Below are positions 63,659-64,000 of a stretch of 64,000 bases of DNA, in pieces (the first letter of the stretch is position 1; each line of letters begins with the position of its first letter). Position numbers and translations under genes: made by a program. The DNA lies in NCBI GenBank assembly GCA_041650715.1, contig JBAZKQ010000001.1:70945-134944 (forward strand). Reading direction: 5' to 3'. The notes under the pieces were generated by a model. The model worked only from the letters and a program-made list of their open reading frames with translations. It was not told the origin of the DNA and searched no databases. This stretch comes from Patescibacteria group bacterium (GTDB lineage Bacteria > Patescibacteriota > Patescibacteriia > Patescibacteriales > UBA12465).

Positions 63659-63725
63659 GACAATATTTTTTTAAGAACCATTAATACTCAATTAACTAAA
63701 TTCATTATACAACAATTTAAACTAT

Positions 63726-64000
63726 ATGTCAAGTACAAAAGATTTCATCATCGAACAGTTAAAGTCGGAAATATCCGGCTATAAGGCGGAAATTAGCGAA
63801 AAATCAGTCGGCCAGGTCCTTAAGGTCTCTGATGGTATTGCTTTAGTCTCCGGTTTAGCTGAGGCGATGATGAGTGAAATTTTAATGTTTAAAACCGACA
63901 AAGGCGAAGTGGCCGGCGTTGCGCTTAACCTTGAAGAAAGCCAAGTCGGTGTTATTATTCTCGGCGACTATACTGCGATTAAAGAAGGCGACGAAGTCCG
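63726..64000 (+). CDS. atpA: F1 ATP synthase subunit alpha, N-terminal fragment (runs off the window)
   Basis: GQVLKVSDGIALVSGL...MLMFKTDKGEVAGVALNLEE..VGVIILGDYTAIKEGDEV is the alpha N-terminal beta-barrel. Confidence 0.9.
   Translation, partial: MSSTKDFIIEQLKSEISGYKAEISEKSVGQVLKVSDGIALVSGLAEAMMSEILMFKTDKGEVAGVALNLEESQVGVIILGDYTAIKEGDEV

Overview
The window looks like a compact, moderately AT-rich bacterial chromosome segment. Its gene repertoire fits a small-genome Patescibacteria/CPR-type organism: an ECF sigma factor with a DUF5667 partner, a CxxC-x17-CxxC tail on a T4SS coupling-type ATPase, short HrcA and AtpH, and many tiny operons. That placement is inference only, because no rRNA is present. 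Recognisable core content: ftsE-ftsX, three tRNAs, a MacAB-like efflux operon with MarR, enolase, two P-type ATPases (one MgtA-type), PBP2, a CIRCE-controlled hrcA-grpE-hsp20-dnaK-dnaJ cluster, tatD, and the start of the F-type ATP synthase operon (atpI-like, B, E, F, H, A). Accessory content: an ABC-2 exporter with a pentapeptide-repeat protein, a secreted cytochrome b5/FN3 protein, a DipZ-like thiol-disulfide protein beside a decayed msrB, a low-GC block of small hydrolases, and a two-component operon ending in an isoprenoid-synthase-like protein. The most unusual signal is non-coding. tRNA-Gln (7438-7508) is followed by three nearly identical ~219-nt structured units (7511-7729, 7730-7948, 8539-8755). 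Each unit starts with a perfect 40-nt palindrome/terminator and ends in a copy of the tRNA's own T-arm/acceptor 3' end. Each also carries one hairpin whose stem differs between copies purely by compensatory base-pair swaps. The units bracket an AT-rich single-gene cargo (an isochorismatase-family hydrolase). I could not assign them to any RNA or mobile-element family I know. The second candidate is a 1652-aa, AT-rich ORFan (14025-18983) with no signal peptide. Its C-terminal third carries the motif series of a glutamine-synthetase-like carboxylate-amine ligase (amidoligase). All function calls come from motif reading of the supplied translations; no database search was possible.
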